64,000 bases of DNA from Candidatus Zhuqueibacterota bacterium (GTDB lineage Bacteria; Zhuqueibacterota; Zhuqueibacteria; Thermofontimicrobiales; Thermofontimicrobiaceae): positions 70,642 through 134,641 of the forward strand of contig JBMOPW010000011.1 of the NCBI GenBank assembly GCA_049322915.1, read 5' to 3'. The notes under the pieces are model-generated. The model did not search any database, was not told the DNA's origin, and saw only the letters and a program-made list of their open reading frames with translations. Position numbers and translations under genes: made by a program. Positions 9,066 to 18,042 of the stretch are shown here, piece after piece. The stretch's first letter is position 1. The number at the start of each line of letters is the position of its first letter.

Positions 9066-11318
9066 TCATTCCAACAGGATCATTTTTCGAACCTGCTGAA
9101 ATCCGAATGCGTCGAGGCGAATGAAATACAATCCCGACGCCATCTTCTCCCCTGCGTCATTCAACCCATCCCACGCTGCTTCATGATACCCGGCAGAGAC
9201 GCGGTCATTGACCACCGTCCGAATTTTCTGGCCGGCAACGTTATAGATCGTCACATTGACGACGCCGGAATTGGGGGCATAAAATTTTAGCCGGGTACTC
9301 GCGTTGAACGGATTGGGATAATTCTGTTCCAATAAAAATGTTTCAGGAAGCTCGATCGAACCTTCATTTTGTCGGGATTCCACAGCATCGATCACATAAA
9401 AGAAACTCAAAATTCGTTGCATCACATCGATTTGCGCGGAGGCCGGTTCGATCAATTCGAATGGGAAAGTGAAATAAACCAGCTTTGCGTTTTCGGATGA
9501 ACCGCCCTGATAATCCGACACAATTCCCAGGGAATTCAAATACGCCGTGTCCATCAGCGCTGAAGTTGCCGGCAAAATTGGTACCACCGAATCAACAGAA
9601 TCAGCCGGATAGATTTGCGGATTCAGCGAAAATTCCATGCCAACGAACAGGCTATTGGGGAAGCCAACCACCTCTTCCGGCAGCGGTATTTTTGCAGAAT
9701 AATTAGCCCTGCCAATTTCATTCAGGAATAGATTATCTTCTTCGGTTGTGCTGTAGCAATCGCTGTCCATGTCGAGATCCCAGGCGACGTTGGTTCCGCT
9801 GATGAACAGCCGGCCATTCTGGTCAGAAAAGGCGCGCACCAGGCGTTGTTCGATTGGAGAAAACGTCTCATCCTTCTCGCCCTCATCGCCCAGGAACCAG
9901 ATGACAACGAAATAGTCGCTCAACGAAATAGTGCTGTCCGCCACGGCGTCATTGCTGCAGCAGTCGAACGAATAGCCGTTTTCGGAAATGGCGTGACCGT
10001 AGGCAAACGCGAACGAATGGCTGGGCTGATTCCAGGCGCCATTGTCATTGGCGCGATCGAAGCCATCCACAACGAGGATTTTGTAACTCGGATCCGACAT
10101 CTTCACGCCGTACACATCCGAACCGGGGCTCACATTGGGAATGGGCGCGTCATTGACCGCCTCCAGCTTAAAGTAGATGTCATTGGCAACTGAAGTCGCA
10201 AACGTGGCGGTCGTGCTGTCCGGCGGAAGTTTATTTTCATCGTAGCGCAATTTCCAGTTGGCGTTATCGTACGAATAATACAGCCGATACCCCAGTAGAT
10301 CGTCTTCGGGGTTCCGATACCAGGCAATCTGAAATCCCTGCCCCATCTGCCGGATATATTTCAACACCGGCGTCTGTGGTGCGAGAAAATCATCCCGCAC
10401 AACTTCCACCGGTATGTAGGTTGTGTCCGCGTTCTGGCGCGTATCTTCGGTGAAAATCATAATTGTGTACGGCCCGGCAGCGTATTGGGATGTGTCCCAG
10501 TACCCGTTCGCGCTGACAGCGTTCGTCACGGTGTAGGTGTGGCTGGACGTGGTCGAGTATTTTTTGAAGAAGACATTGTGTACATAGCGATTGTCCGGCT
10601 TACTCCCGAACCGAAATCGAACGCCGAGATTGGGCGGTGTATAGACAATGCTGTCGCCATCCGCCGAAAGAATTTTATAGCCGAGCATGTACGTGCCGTT
10701 GTTCAACCGTGAGGCATCCGAGCCCGGAGGGCCATTCTGCTCTTCGACTTTCACGACGATATCAACCTTGCCGGTCACTTTGCCGGCAGTGAATTCCTGC
10801 TCGGTTCCATCAGCGAAAAATTTAACAAAACGAATGACCGGCTGCCATGGATCCTCGTACGGCGTAAATCCGCCGCCGGCCCGGATCGCATTGATTTCCT
10901 GACCATAATTCCCGTCTATGAAATGAATATGTCCCTGACCCGAACGAATGGTGCCCAGAACCGTCACTTCCGCCACAACAGCATCGCCAATATCCAGACT
11001 CGGATTGGGCACAATATGCAGGTAGCAATAGCGTCCCACGCGAACGTAGGAGTCGGTTCCGGTGGGATAAATATCCGTCACCGTGCCGTTGGCAATGGCG
11101 AACACCGGGCTGCCATCCGCTTTGGGAACATCCACGCCATTGTGAAAATGGTCGGAAGTGCCGGTATCGCGAAATTCACAAAAGGTACCCGTGATGTCCT
11201 GAGACTGATGTTTTGGCTCCACCGGCCAGGGATACTGTGCGTGAGCCGCATCGGTTCCGGCGCAGAGAAACCACCAGGACATGAGAATGAGGATTTTCGT
11301 TTTCAATGTATTAGTCAC
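9066..11318 (-). CDS. Secreted M23 metallopeptidase with FN3-like domain and C-terminal FlgD-Ig/T9SS-like sorting domain
   Basis: HNGVD (HxxxD) and HIH (HxH) M23 motifs; QNYPNPFN...WDG C-terminus; likely GTG start at 11318 after GGGAG. Confidence 0.82.
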   Translation of the reverse strand: MTNTLKTKILILMSWWFLCAGTDAAHAQYPWPVEPKHQSQDITGTFCEFRDTGTSDHFHNGVDVPKADGSPVFAIANGTVTDIYPTGTDSYVRVGRYCYLHIVPNPSLDIGDAVVAEVTVLGTIRSGQGHIHFIDGNYGQEINAIRAGGGFTPYEDPWQPVIRFVKFFADGTEQEFTAGKVTGKVDIVVKVEEQNGPPGSDASRLNNGTYMLGYKILSADGDSIVYTPPNLGVRFRFGSKPDNRYVHNVFFKKYSTTSSHTYTVTNAVSANGYWDTSQYAAGPYTIMIFTEDTRQNADTTYIPVEVVRDDFLAPQTPVLKYIRQMGQGFQIAWYRNPEDDLLGYRLYYSYDNANWKLRYDENKLPPDSTTATFATSVANDIYFKLEAVNDAPIPNVSPGSDVYGVKMSDPSYKILVVDGFDRANDNGAWNQPSHSFAFAYGHAISENGYSFDCCSNDAVADSTISLSDYFVVIWFLGDEGEKDETFSPIEQRLVRAFSDQNGRLFISGTNVAWDLDMDSDCYSTTEEDNLFLNEIGRANYSAKIPLPEEVVGFPNSLFVGMEFSLNPQIYPADSVDSVVPILPATSALMDTAYLNSLGIVSDYQGGSSENAKLVYFTFPFELIEPASAQIDVMQRILSFFYVIDAVESRQNEGSIELPETFLLEQNYPNPFNASTRLKFYAPNSGVVNVTIYNVAGQKIRTVVNDRVSAGYHEAAWDGLNDAGEKMASGLYFIRLDAFGFQQVRKMILLE

Positions 11319-12549
11319 GGTTCTCCCGGAAAATTTTATAATTCGAAACAAAGCCCACTGCCAGTTGAGACTGCTCAACATGAACGGTGGGAGTTAATAG
11401 GATATCCGACCCCAGATCAATCATCCAATCGGAAGCGCCGGTCGCGGTGAATTTTTGTACCCTGATCTGTCCGAACTCAAAACGATTATTCTGAAAAACC
11501 GACGTGGCCACCAGCCCAATCACGCCGCCATCGGAATGACCCGTCGTCAGTCGTGCGAAGATACCGGATTCAGATTGAGGCAGTGTGTACATTTTCTGCA
11601 CCATTCCTTTCGGCACATCGACCGAATACAGGCTCTTTTTGTCCGCTAAAAATAAAGTGGTCTCATCCATTGAAAAAGCTGAAGTTCGATAATTACCGGG
11701 TATCTCCATCACGGAATTTCCATCGCTGTCATACACAGTGGTCGCTGCAATCAGGACGTCCTGTTCGGTCAGCGAGTGATGGGCCAACAGCAAATACTGC
11801 CCGCCGGGCGAGACGGTGAACCGTGTGAATGTCGGACAATCCACGGCCTTGCGCCATAATTCTTCGCCATCCAGATTGAAACAGAAAAGCCAGGGTTCGC
11901 CGGATATCAGCCGCAACGTGCCCGGCTCACGCGTCATGGGACGTTTCTGCGCTGCGATGTAAAATCTGCCGCGATCCTCGGCAAGAGCACAGTCGATGGG
12001 TTTTTCATAGTCGAAAATCTCTTCATCGAAAAGCTCGATGTGTGCCGCGAGCTGGCCGGCTTCATCGTACAACTCCGCTGAACCGCGAGCGCCATCCGTT
12101 AATAGCGCACGGCCGGTGCTGAAAGTATACATCGACCAGAGCGGTTCATCGTACGGCTTTTTTTTCTCGAAGCTGTACAGCAGCCTGCCATCCCCGGAAT
12201 GCATGCGATATCGGAAAATTTTATCCTCCGGCGCCAGCGTATTTTCGCCGATCAGTTCCGCACTGCCAATGCAACTCCGATTGGGCGCAATGCTCACAAC
12301 AGAATGGGGCAAATATGGGACATCATTCCGCTCGCGCCCGTTTTCATCGAGGAACCGCAGACTCTCAGTTTCTATTTTCATAAAGGGAAATAGCTGAAGA
12401 TTGGAGCCCAGCCGCCATTGCCAGTCGATCGCTGTGCCCGGACTCTGCCGCGCCATCAGCAACTGCGGCGTCCTTTTCTCTCCGGCTGGCAGAAAAGTAC
12501 TTACTGCCAAAGCGAGGAACACTGTTAAAATGACCACATTTTTTTTCAT
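11311..12549 (-). CDS. Hypothetical secreted beta-rich (propeller-like) protein
   Basis: Start MKKNVVILTVFLALA (signal peptide) at 12549; repeated 'YDxxG/FxxDGxxLW' strands; 3' end overlaps the M23 gene start. Confidence 0.72.
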   Translation of the reverse strand: MKKNVVILTVFLALAVSTFLPAGEKRTPQLLMARQSPGTAIDWQWRLGSNLQLFPFMKIETESLRFLDENGRERNDVPYLPHSVVSIAPNRSCIGSAELIGENTLAPEDKIFRYRMHSGDGRLLYSFEKKKPYDEPLWSMYTFSTGRALLTDGARGSAELYDEAGQLAAHIELFDEEIFDYEKPIDCALAEDRGRFYIAAQKRPMTREPGTLRLISGEPWLFCFNLDGEELWRKAVDCPTFTRFTVSPGGQYLLLAHHSLTEQDVLIAATTVYDSDGNSVMEIPGNYRTSAFSMDETTLFLADKKSLYSVDVPKGMVQKMYTLPQSESGIFARLTTGHSDGGVIGLVATSVFQNNRFEFGQIRVQKFTATGASDWMIDLGSDILLTPTVHVEQSQLAVGFVSNYKIFRENRD

Positions 12550-12809
12550 ATCCGATCCTATCTCTCGTAACCTGGCTGACGCAAACCCCACTGATGGTGA
12601 ATCGGGATAGACATGTCCAGCCCGTAACATCAATGATTGCATGCGTGTGGAACGCCATGCTCCTGACATCAGCCAAGGTGCTTAATCATAATGTTGAACA
12701 GCAGTTAAATTTTTGGAATAAACTCAACTTCAATATAATTTAGAAAAAATATAGAGAAATGCAAGCAGATTATTCCGGCAATAAAAGGCCATGCCAGATG
12801 AATATCGAT

Positions 12810-12899
12810 TGTACAATTGTTATACACGATGTTTCAGGATGAAACATGAACGACCGTAATTGAACGATTCAAAATGCATCCATGTGCAATAAAAGTACA
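12810..12899. promoter_or_regulatory. Three TGT-N11-ACA palindromes (putative enhancer-binding-protein sites)
   Basis: 12810-12826 TGTACAATTGTTATACA; 12830-12846 within perfect inverted repeat ATGTTTCA-GGA-TGAAACAT; 12883-12899 within CATGT-N11-ACATG. Confidence 0.55.
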
Positions 12900-12920
12900 T
12901 GAGAAATTATGCCTGTTACA

Positions 12921-12938
12921 CTGGCATTATATTTGTCA
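12921..12938 (+). promoter_or_regulatory. Putative sigma54 (-24/-12) promoter
   Basis: CTGGCATTATATTTGTCA: TGGCA and TTG correctly spaced (GG-N10-GT); -12 C replaced by T; about 60 nt upstream of ATG 12998. Confidence 0.5.
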
Positions 12939-12997
12939 CACTTATTTATTTTATGTTTCACAGAATCGACACTGATGATTTAACATAGTAGGGGAAT

Positions 12998-13972
12998 ATG
13001 TTAATAAATACCTTTCTAAACGACCGCTCTCACTTCATACTCATGAAACGAAGCCCAAAAACCAGCAGCGCCGACATCAATAGCACCTATGCGCTCACGC
13101 TGAAAAAAACAATAATCCTGAGCTTGACCTTCATCCTTATTTTCCTGCAACTTTTTCCCCGCCATGCATCGAAACGAGAAGTAAGTATGGAATTAAATAT
13201 TCCCCTCGAGGTCATTGATATGCCGGCAATTGAACCGGAATCGCCCCTTCCAACACCGCCTCCGGTGGCACAGGACGTGATAACGCCATTCATCCCCGTG
13301 GTCAAGGAAGAACAAGAAGACCCGCGCAGCATTCGTGAAAATCTGGAAACAGTCACCCTGGATATGAATCCGGTTACGGATTCCAACCTGTTGAATAACT
13401 CCCAACTAGGCGATATCTCCATGGCCGGTTTCTCTACTTCATACAATCGAAACCAGGGCCGGGTTACTCTCGATATTTCTACAGATAGAAAAACGATAAC
13501 AAGCACGACCCGGAGCAACATCGATTTCAACGTTTCCGCCGGTGCAACGAGACAAAAATTCGCCGAAGAATCCATCAAACTCGATGAACCGGTTCCCGTG
13601 ACCAGGGAGACTCATGTTGAGACACCCGCACAAACGCCAACGACGAACAACGAATTAATCAGTCTCAACGAGAACCAGTTTTTATTGAAAGAATCGGAAT
13701 CGACCATCGGAACGAATGAATACCGGCTCTGGAACAAAATCAATGGCGTCTTTGATCGACTGGATAAAAACCGTTTTGGCGCATTGCCCGATAAAGTTCG
13801 AAGGACAGCATCAGGACTCAGTGTTACCTTTTATTATGGGGATGGAATGCAGCATGATATTTTCTGGTCCAAAGGCGGCAAAGTGATGATCCGCGTGACA
13901 GGTCAGCGTCCGCGCAGTCTCGCCGATGAACTGGGAAAGGCGTTCGATGCTTTATTTCGATTGACTTTATAA
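12998..13972 (+). CDS. Hypothetical membrane-anchored protein with TonB/TolA-like architecture (operon gene 1)
   Basis: One TM helix (TIILSLTFILIFLQLF), Pro-rich segment (PAIEPESPLPTPPPV), Thr/Ser/Asn-rich linker, about 100-aa C-terminal alpha/beta domain; alternative start 13043. Confidence 0.75.
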   Translation: MLINTFLNDRSHFILMKRSPKTSSADINSTYALTLKKTIILSLTFILIFLQLFPRHASKREVSMELNIPLEVIDMPAIEPESPLPTPPPVAQDVITPFIPVVKEEQEDPRSIRENLETVTLDMNPVTDSNLLNNSQLGDISMAGFSTSYNRNQGRVTLDISTDRKTITSTTRSNIDFNVSAGATRQKFAEESIKLDEPVPVTRETHVETPAQTPTTNNELISLNENQFLLKESESTIGTNEYRLWNKINGVFDRLDKNRFGALPDKVRRTASGLSVTFYYGDGMQHDIFWSKGGKVMIRVTGQRPRSLADELGKAFDALFRLTL

Positions 13973-13980
13973 GCGTTACC

Positions 13981-14688
13981 ATGAAAAAATTCATTTTCTA
14001 TTTCGCACTCATCCTTTCATTCGGCTACTCAGCGCCTGGAGCCGCGCAACAGGTTCGGGCGCTTTTCGAGCAGCTTGCCAGAACCGATGTGACTCAGGAT
14101 GTCTACACGCGGTTGAACTTGTGCAAAAAGATCATCGAGATTTGTGAAAACGCGCCGGAACCGGAGTGCTGGTTTTCCAACCTCATGCGCGACGTGTATC
14201 GGTTCAAAGGCAATACCGAGTTCGAAATTTATAAAAAGGAATTGGTGTTCACGCGTTTGACCGACGCTATCAATTCCCTGACCACAAGCTATCATTTTTA
14301 TAAAGATCCTGAAGTTGAATTTCAATTGGGCTATCTCAAAGCGGTGAGCGGGTTGCTGGAAAAAGGTCCCCGGAATTTGAACGGACTGGTCCTCTGCTGG
14401 GAAGCGATTCTGGACATCTATGCCCGGGATAACTGGACCATTTCGCCTCCGCTCATCTCGAAGACAAAACAATTCATCGAGGTAGCCCAGAGGTATGCCA
14501 CGCCTGTGACGAATAACAATTACAGCGGCGCATTTGCGCGGTATATCATCGTGTTAGCATGTGATCTCATGGAGAAGGGAAATCTGAGTCACGCAAATCA
14601 CACTTATTTTCGCGACACCCGGCTGAAGTTTTCCAGCCAGGAAGGCGCACAATGGCAGGAATGGAGAGATACTTCCTCGTCAAAGTAA
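13981..14688 (+). CDS. Hypothetical secreted helical protein (operon gene 2; paralogue of gene 3 N-terminus)
   Basis: Signal peptide ending GAA/Q; aligns by eye with 14770-16203. Confidence 0.85.
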   Translation: MKKFIFYFALILSFGYSAPGAAQQVRALFEQLARTDVTQDVYTRLNLCKKIIEICENAPEPECWFSNLMRDVYRFKGNTEFEIYKKELVFTRLTDAINSLTTSYHFYKDPEVEFQLGYLKAVSGLLEKGPRNLNGLVLCWEAILDIYARDNWTISPPLISKTKQFIEVAQRYATPVTNNNYSGAFARYIIVLACDLMEKGNLSHANHTYFRDTRLKFSSQEGAQWQEWRDTSSSK

Positions 14689-14769
14689 GTTTTTCATTAC
14701 CTGATAGAATCCAATCCTCGTTAATTAAAATTACCCCATATTTCAATATATCAAGTGGAGACATATTCG

Positions 14770-16203
14770 ATGAAGAAGTATGTTGTTTCGACTTTTATGT
14801 TGCTGATGTTGCTGAGCGGCACTCAGGCATTTTCTCAAAACGTCCGCACGCTGTACGACAAAGTCCGCGAGGCCTATCAGGAAGGCAACTATGCGACTGT
14901 GGTCAATTTGTGCAAACAAATCATTGAACGATGCGAGCAGGATTACCCGGACGCAGAATGCCGTTACACGGATGTGATGAAAAATGTCTATCGGTACAAG
15001 GGATTTTCCGAATTCAAAATTTACAATCAAGAACAGAACATGGATCAATTGGAAGAGGGCATTAACTCGCTCATAAAAAGTTATGAATTGTACGGCGATC
15101 CGGAAATCTCATTCAACTACGGGTACATGCAATCCATGCGGGCGATTCGGCTGGAAAATGGGCGCAACCTGACCGGGCTGGTCAATGCCTGGCGCGGCAT
15201 TTTGGGCCTCTATGCCCGCGATGAATGGGTCGTTTCCGACGACTTACTGAACAAGCTAAAAATATTCATCCAGCAGGCAGTGGAAATCTCCATCACCCCG
15301 GCGGACAGCGCGCTGACGACAGGGCGATTCACTTCGTTCATGATTCGCCTCGCCTGTGACCTGGCACAGAAGCGTTCCCTGTCACCGCAGGATAGTCTGT
15401 TTGTCAACATTTACAACCGGCGCGCCATTGACGACGAGTTCAATTTGCGCGGCAACGAATGGCGGGCGCGTGGATTTGAAGCGGAGGAATTGTTCAAGAA
15501 TACTCCCAATGATTCCACCTATCGCATTTGTCGTGGCTATCTTGAATTAGCGCTTCGGTTTGCCAAAAGCACCCGGCGAAAGGCGGAGATGCTCAAAGAA
15601 TTGACCAAGGTGGCTCTTTACATGGAAAAATACGGGAAGAATTCCCAGCGCGAAACCGAGCTTCAATACGCCAGAGAAAAAGCCAGTCAGGCGTATACGA
15701 TTCTTCAGGAACACGGCGCAGATATTTCCAAAGACCTGGAGAATGAAATTAAAAAAGTGTATGGCAACTCCATCTTCAGGCTGGTGGATTACTATTTCAG
15801 CATGGCCACGGCCAAAGACCGCATGAACTCATTTTTACGCGCCAGAAGAATTGGCGAGGAGTTACTTGTTTCGGACAACCAGGGCGGGCTCGTCCAGAAA
15901 TTCAAATGGGAAGGATACGAAGACCTGTATCTGAAACTGTCCGATGTGGGTTACGAGTTGGGCGATGAGCAATTCGCCGTGGACATGGTGGATAAAGCCT
16001 GGAAAGCCATTCTAGAAATTAACCATATCGATGTTCAGCAAATTTACCGATCGGTCCCGTCGCAGACTGCCAAAGAACTGCTGCAGTTCGCCCAGGTTTA
16101 TCAGCAGATTGCGGAGCGCTTCGGGCTGCAATCAGTATTGCACTGGCTGCGACCCATTATTAAAACACTCACGTCCCAATCCTATTTAACCAGTAAAAAT
16201 TAA
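14770..16203 (+). CDS. Hypothetical secreted TPR-like helical protein (operon gene 3)
   Basis: GGAG RBS, ATG 14770, signal peptide ending AFS/Q; TPR-like 'AYQEGNYATVVNLC' and further helical repeats. Confidence 0.85.
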   Translation: MKKYVVSTFMLLMLLSGTQAFSQNVRTLYDKVREAYQEGNYATVVNLCKQIIERCEQDYPDAECRYTDVMKNVYRYKGFSEFKIYNQEQNMDQLEEGINSLIKSYELYGDPEISFNYGYMQSMRAIRLENGRNLTGLVNAWRGILGLYARDEWVVSDDLLNKLKIFIQQAVEISITPADSALTTGRFTSFMIRLACDLAQKRSLSPQDSLFVNIYNRRAIDDEFNLRGNEWRARGFEAEELFKNTPNDSTYRICRGYLELALRFAKSTRRKAEMLKELTKVALYMEKYGKNSQRETELQYAREKASQAYTILQEHGADISKDLENEIKKVYGNSIFRLVDYYFSMATAKDRMNSFLRARRIGEELLVSDNQGGLVQKFKWEGYEDLYLKLSDVGYELGDEQFAVDMVDKAWKAILEINHIDVQQIYRSVPSQTAKELLQFAQVYQQIAERFGLQSVLHWLRPIIKTLTSQSYLTSKN

Positions 16204-16215
16204 ACTGAGGAAGCA

Positions 16216-16764
16216 ATGAGACCATCGATTTTGACGCTGCTATTTTTCGTCGCTCTGTCTCTGACAACACCGCTGTTTGGCCAGTCCGTCATCGAGACTA
16301 AATTTGAACAGCAGATGGTGGAGTATGAAAATGATGTGGTTCGCTGCTATAATGAATTGCAAAAATTCCTTTATGAAAATGAAATGAACCTCTCCGAGAT
16401 GGTCGCCTTTGAAGAGCTGCTATCGATTTATGTCAATCGAATTCTCGAAATATACGAGACCATGGAACGCGTGGCTGGCTCCACTCTGGAGACCTATCGC
16501 GGCGTGGCAGCGCGGGCGCTCATTTTCAGGTCGCTCACCTATCTGGAACGCTCCCGGACCGCGCCTGAGAATTTTGAAAAGGCATTGAAAGATTATAAAC
16601 TGGCGCTGCAGCTTTATCAGAAAGAGACCACGAATCCCATCATGAATAAACGATTACCCTATGAAATCTGGATCGGCCGCAAGATGTACACCCGTCTGGC
16701 CGACCTGCTCGATGATAAAAATAAAGATTTTAATTTACTGAATTCTTTGGATGAAGCGAAATAA
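16216..16764 (+). CDS. Hypothetical secreted helical protein (operon gene 4; paralogue of gene 5 N-terminus)
   Basis: GAGG RBS; signal peptide ending LFG/Q; aligns by eye with 16777-18042. Confidence 0.85.
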   Translation: MRPSILTLLFFVALSLTTPLFGQSVIETKFEQQMVEYENDVVRCYNELQKFLYENEMNLSEMVAFEELLSIYVNRILEIYETMERVAGSTLETYRGVAARALIFRSLTYLERSRTAPENFEKALKDYKLALQLYQKETTNPIMNKRLPYEIWIGRKMYTRLADLLDDKNKDFNLLNSLDEAK

Positions 16765-16776
16765 GATAGGCGCGAT

Positions 16777-18042
16777 ATGAAAAATTGGTTGCAGGGAATT
16801 TTGCTACTGTTCATTCTTTTCGGAGGTCGCTATTGTCAGGCGCAACGCCTCGATCAGATTTTGATCCCCAAAATGGAAAGCTATGAACTGGACATTCAAA
16901 ACACGTATCGGGAATATCAAAAAATTTATTACGAACAGAAATCCAGTCTGGCGGAGTTGCGCGCGTTCGAAGACATCATTTCCGTGTACGTTTCCCAGAT
17001 TCTGGAAATACATGAGACGCTGACCCTGTCCGGATTCAGCAATCTCGAATCGCCGCGCGACATCGCCGCGAGGGCGCTCATTTACCGCGCGCTGATCTTT
17101 CTGGAAAAAGCGCCGCTGAACGTTCACTATTATGAGCAGGCCTGTTACGATTATTACAAAGCGCTCGCCATGTTTGAAGGCGCCAGCGATAAAGTGCCGG
17201 CGCTGTTCAAGCCTTCCCCCAATCCGGTAAAAGTGGGGAACAAGGAGTACACCCGGCTGATCGATGTCATCGATAATAATAGCAGTGAACTGTACGCGTT
17301 TGGCAAGGTGGAATTGAATCTTCAGAATTTTAAAATTACCACGAATCTCAACATCGATGATCTTGAATTCTTTCGCGTGGAGTCCCCAATCGATAAAAAG
17401 AAGTATACCTATCTCCAGGCCGAAAAATTGATCAAGGAAGCGTTTCGAAATGAATTGAGTCAGAGCGGCAGTGGCAATATTTTTCTGGCTCTGCCGGAAG
17501 GATCGTACATCATCCGTTCCAAAAGCAGAAATAGTTCTTCGCGGTATACATACCTGTCGGCAATTTATGTCCGCGCGAATCAGCAGCACAATTACATTGT
17601 GGAACCGCTCATGGACTGGTTCATCGCTTATGAAAATCCAACGACCAGCAAGCCCCAATTCATCCGTCCCAATGCGCAGCATGAATCGCCGGGCCAGGGG
17701 AATGGATACGATAAGCGGGATAAGCCCCGCACTGGCAAACGCGATAAAGATGCCCGGCTGGAATCCATCGAATACCTATCAGGCATTGTCGATTCTTCTC
17801 TGGCGAAAGTGGATGTCAGCCAGATTTTCAATCTGCGCGATGCCTGGATTCGCAGCAAATTCGCCTCGACAGTGGCCGAGGTCATGCTGAATCACATCGA
17901 GTCCCTGACATATTATAACTGCTGGAGCGACTGGATGCTAGCCTGGATCATCTCCCAGGATGTCACGCAGAAATTCAGCCCGGAGACTGAAGTGCCCACC
18001 GAATTGATTAAAATGGTCTACATGACCCTAGGTAAAATATGA
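16777..18042 (+). CDS. Hypothetical secreted protein: helical N-domain, beta-rich middle domain, helical C-domain (operon gene 5)
   Basis: Signal peptide ending CQA/Q; 'LALPEGSYIIRS' Ig/prealbumin-like strand motif. Confidence 0.85.
   Translation: MKNWLQGILLLFILFGGRYCQAQRLDQILIPKMESYELDIQNTYREYQKIYYEQKSSLAELRAFEDIISVYVSQILEIHETLTLSGFSNLESPRDIAARALIYRALIFLEKAPLNVHYYEQACYDYYKALAMFEGASDKVPALFKPSPNPVKVGNKEYTRLIDVIDNNSSELYAFGKVELNLQNFKITTNLNIDDLEFFRVESPIDKKKYTYLQAEKLIKEAFRNELSQSGSGNIFLALPEGSYIIRSKSRNSSSRYTYLSAIYVRANQQHNYIVEPLMDWFIAYENPTTSKPQFIRPNAQHESPGQGNGYDKRDKPRTGKRDKDARLESIEYLSGIVDSSLAKVDVSQIFNLRDAWIRSKFASTVAEVMLNHIESLTYYNCWSDWMLAWIISQDVTQKFSPETEVPTELIKMVYMTLGKI

Noticed and set aside
16804..17682. 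292-aa minus-strand ORF inside operon gene 5
   Set aside because: Antisense shadow of a gene supported by a signal peptide and paralogy; no motifs of its own.
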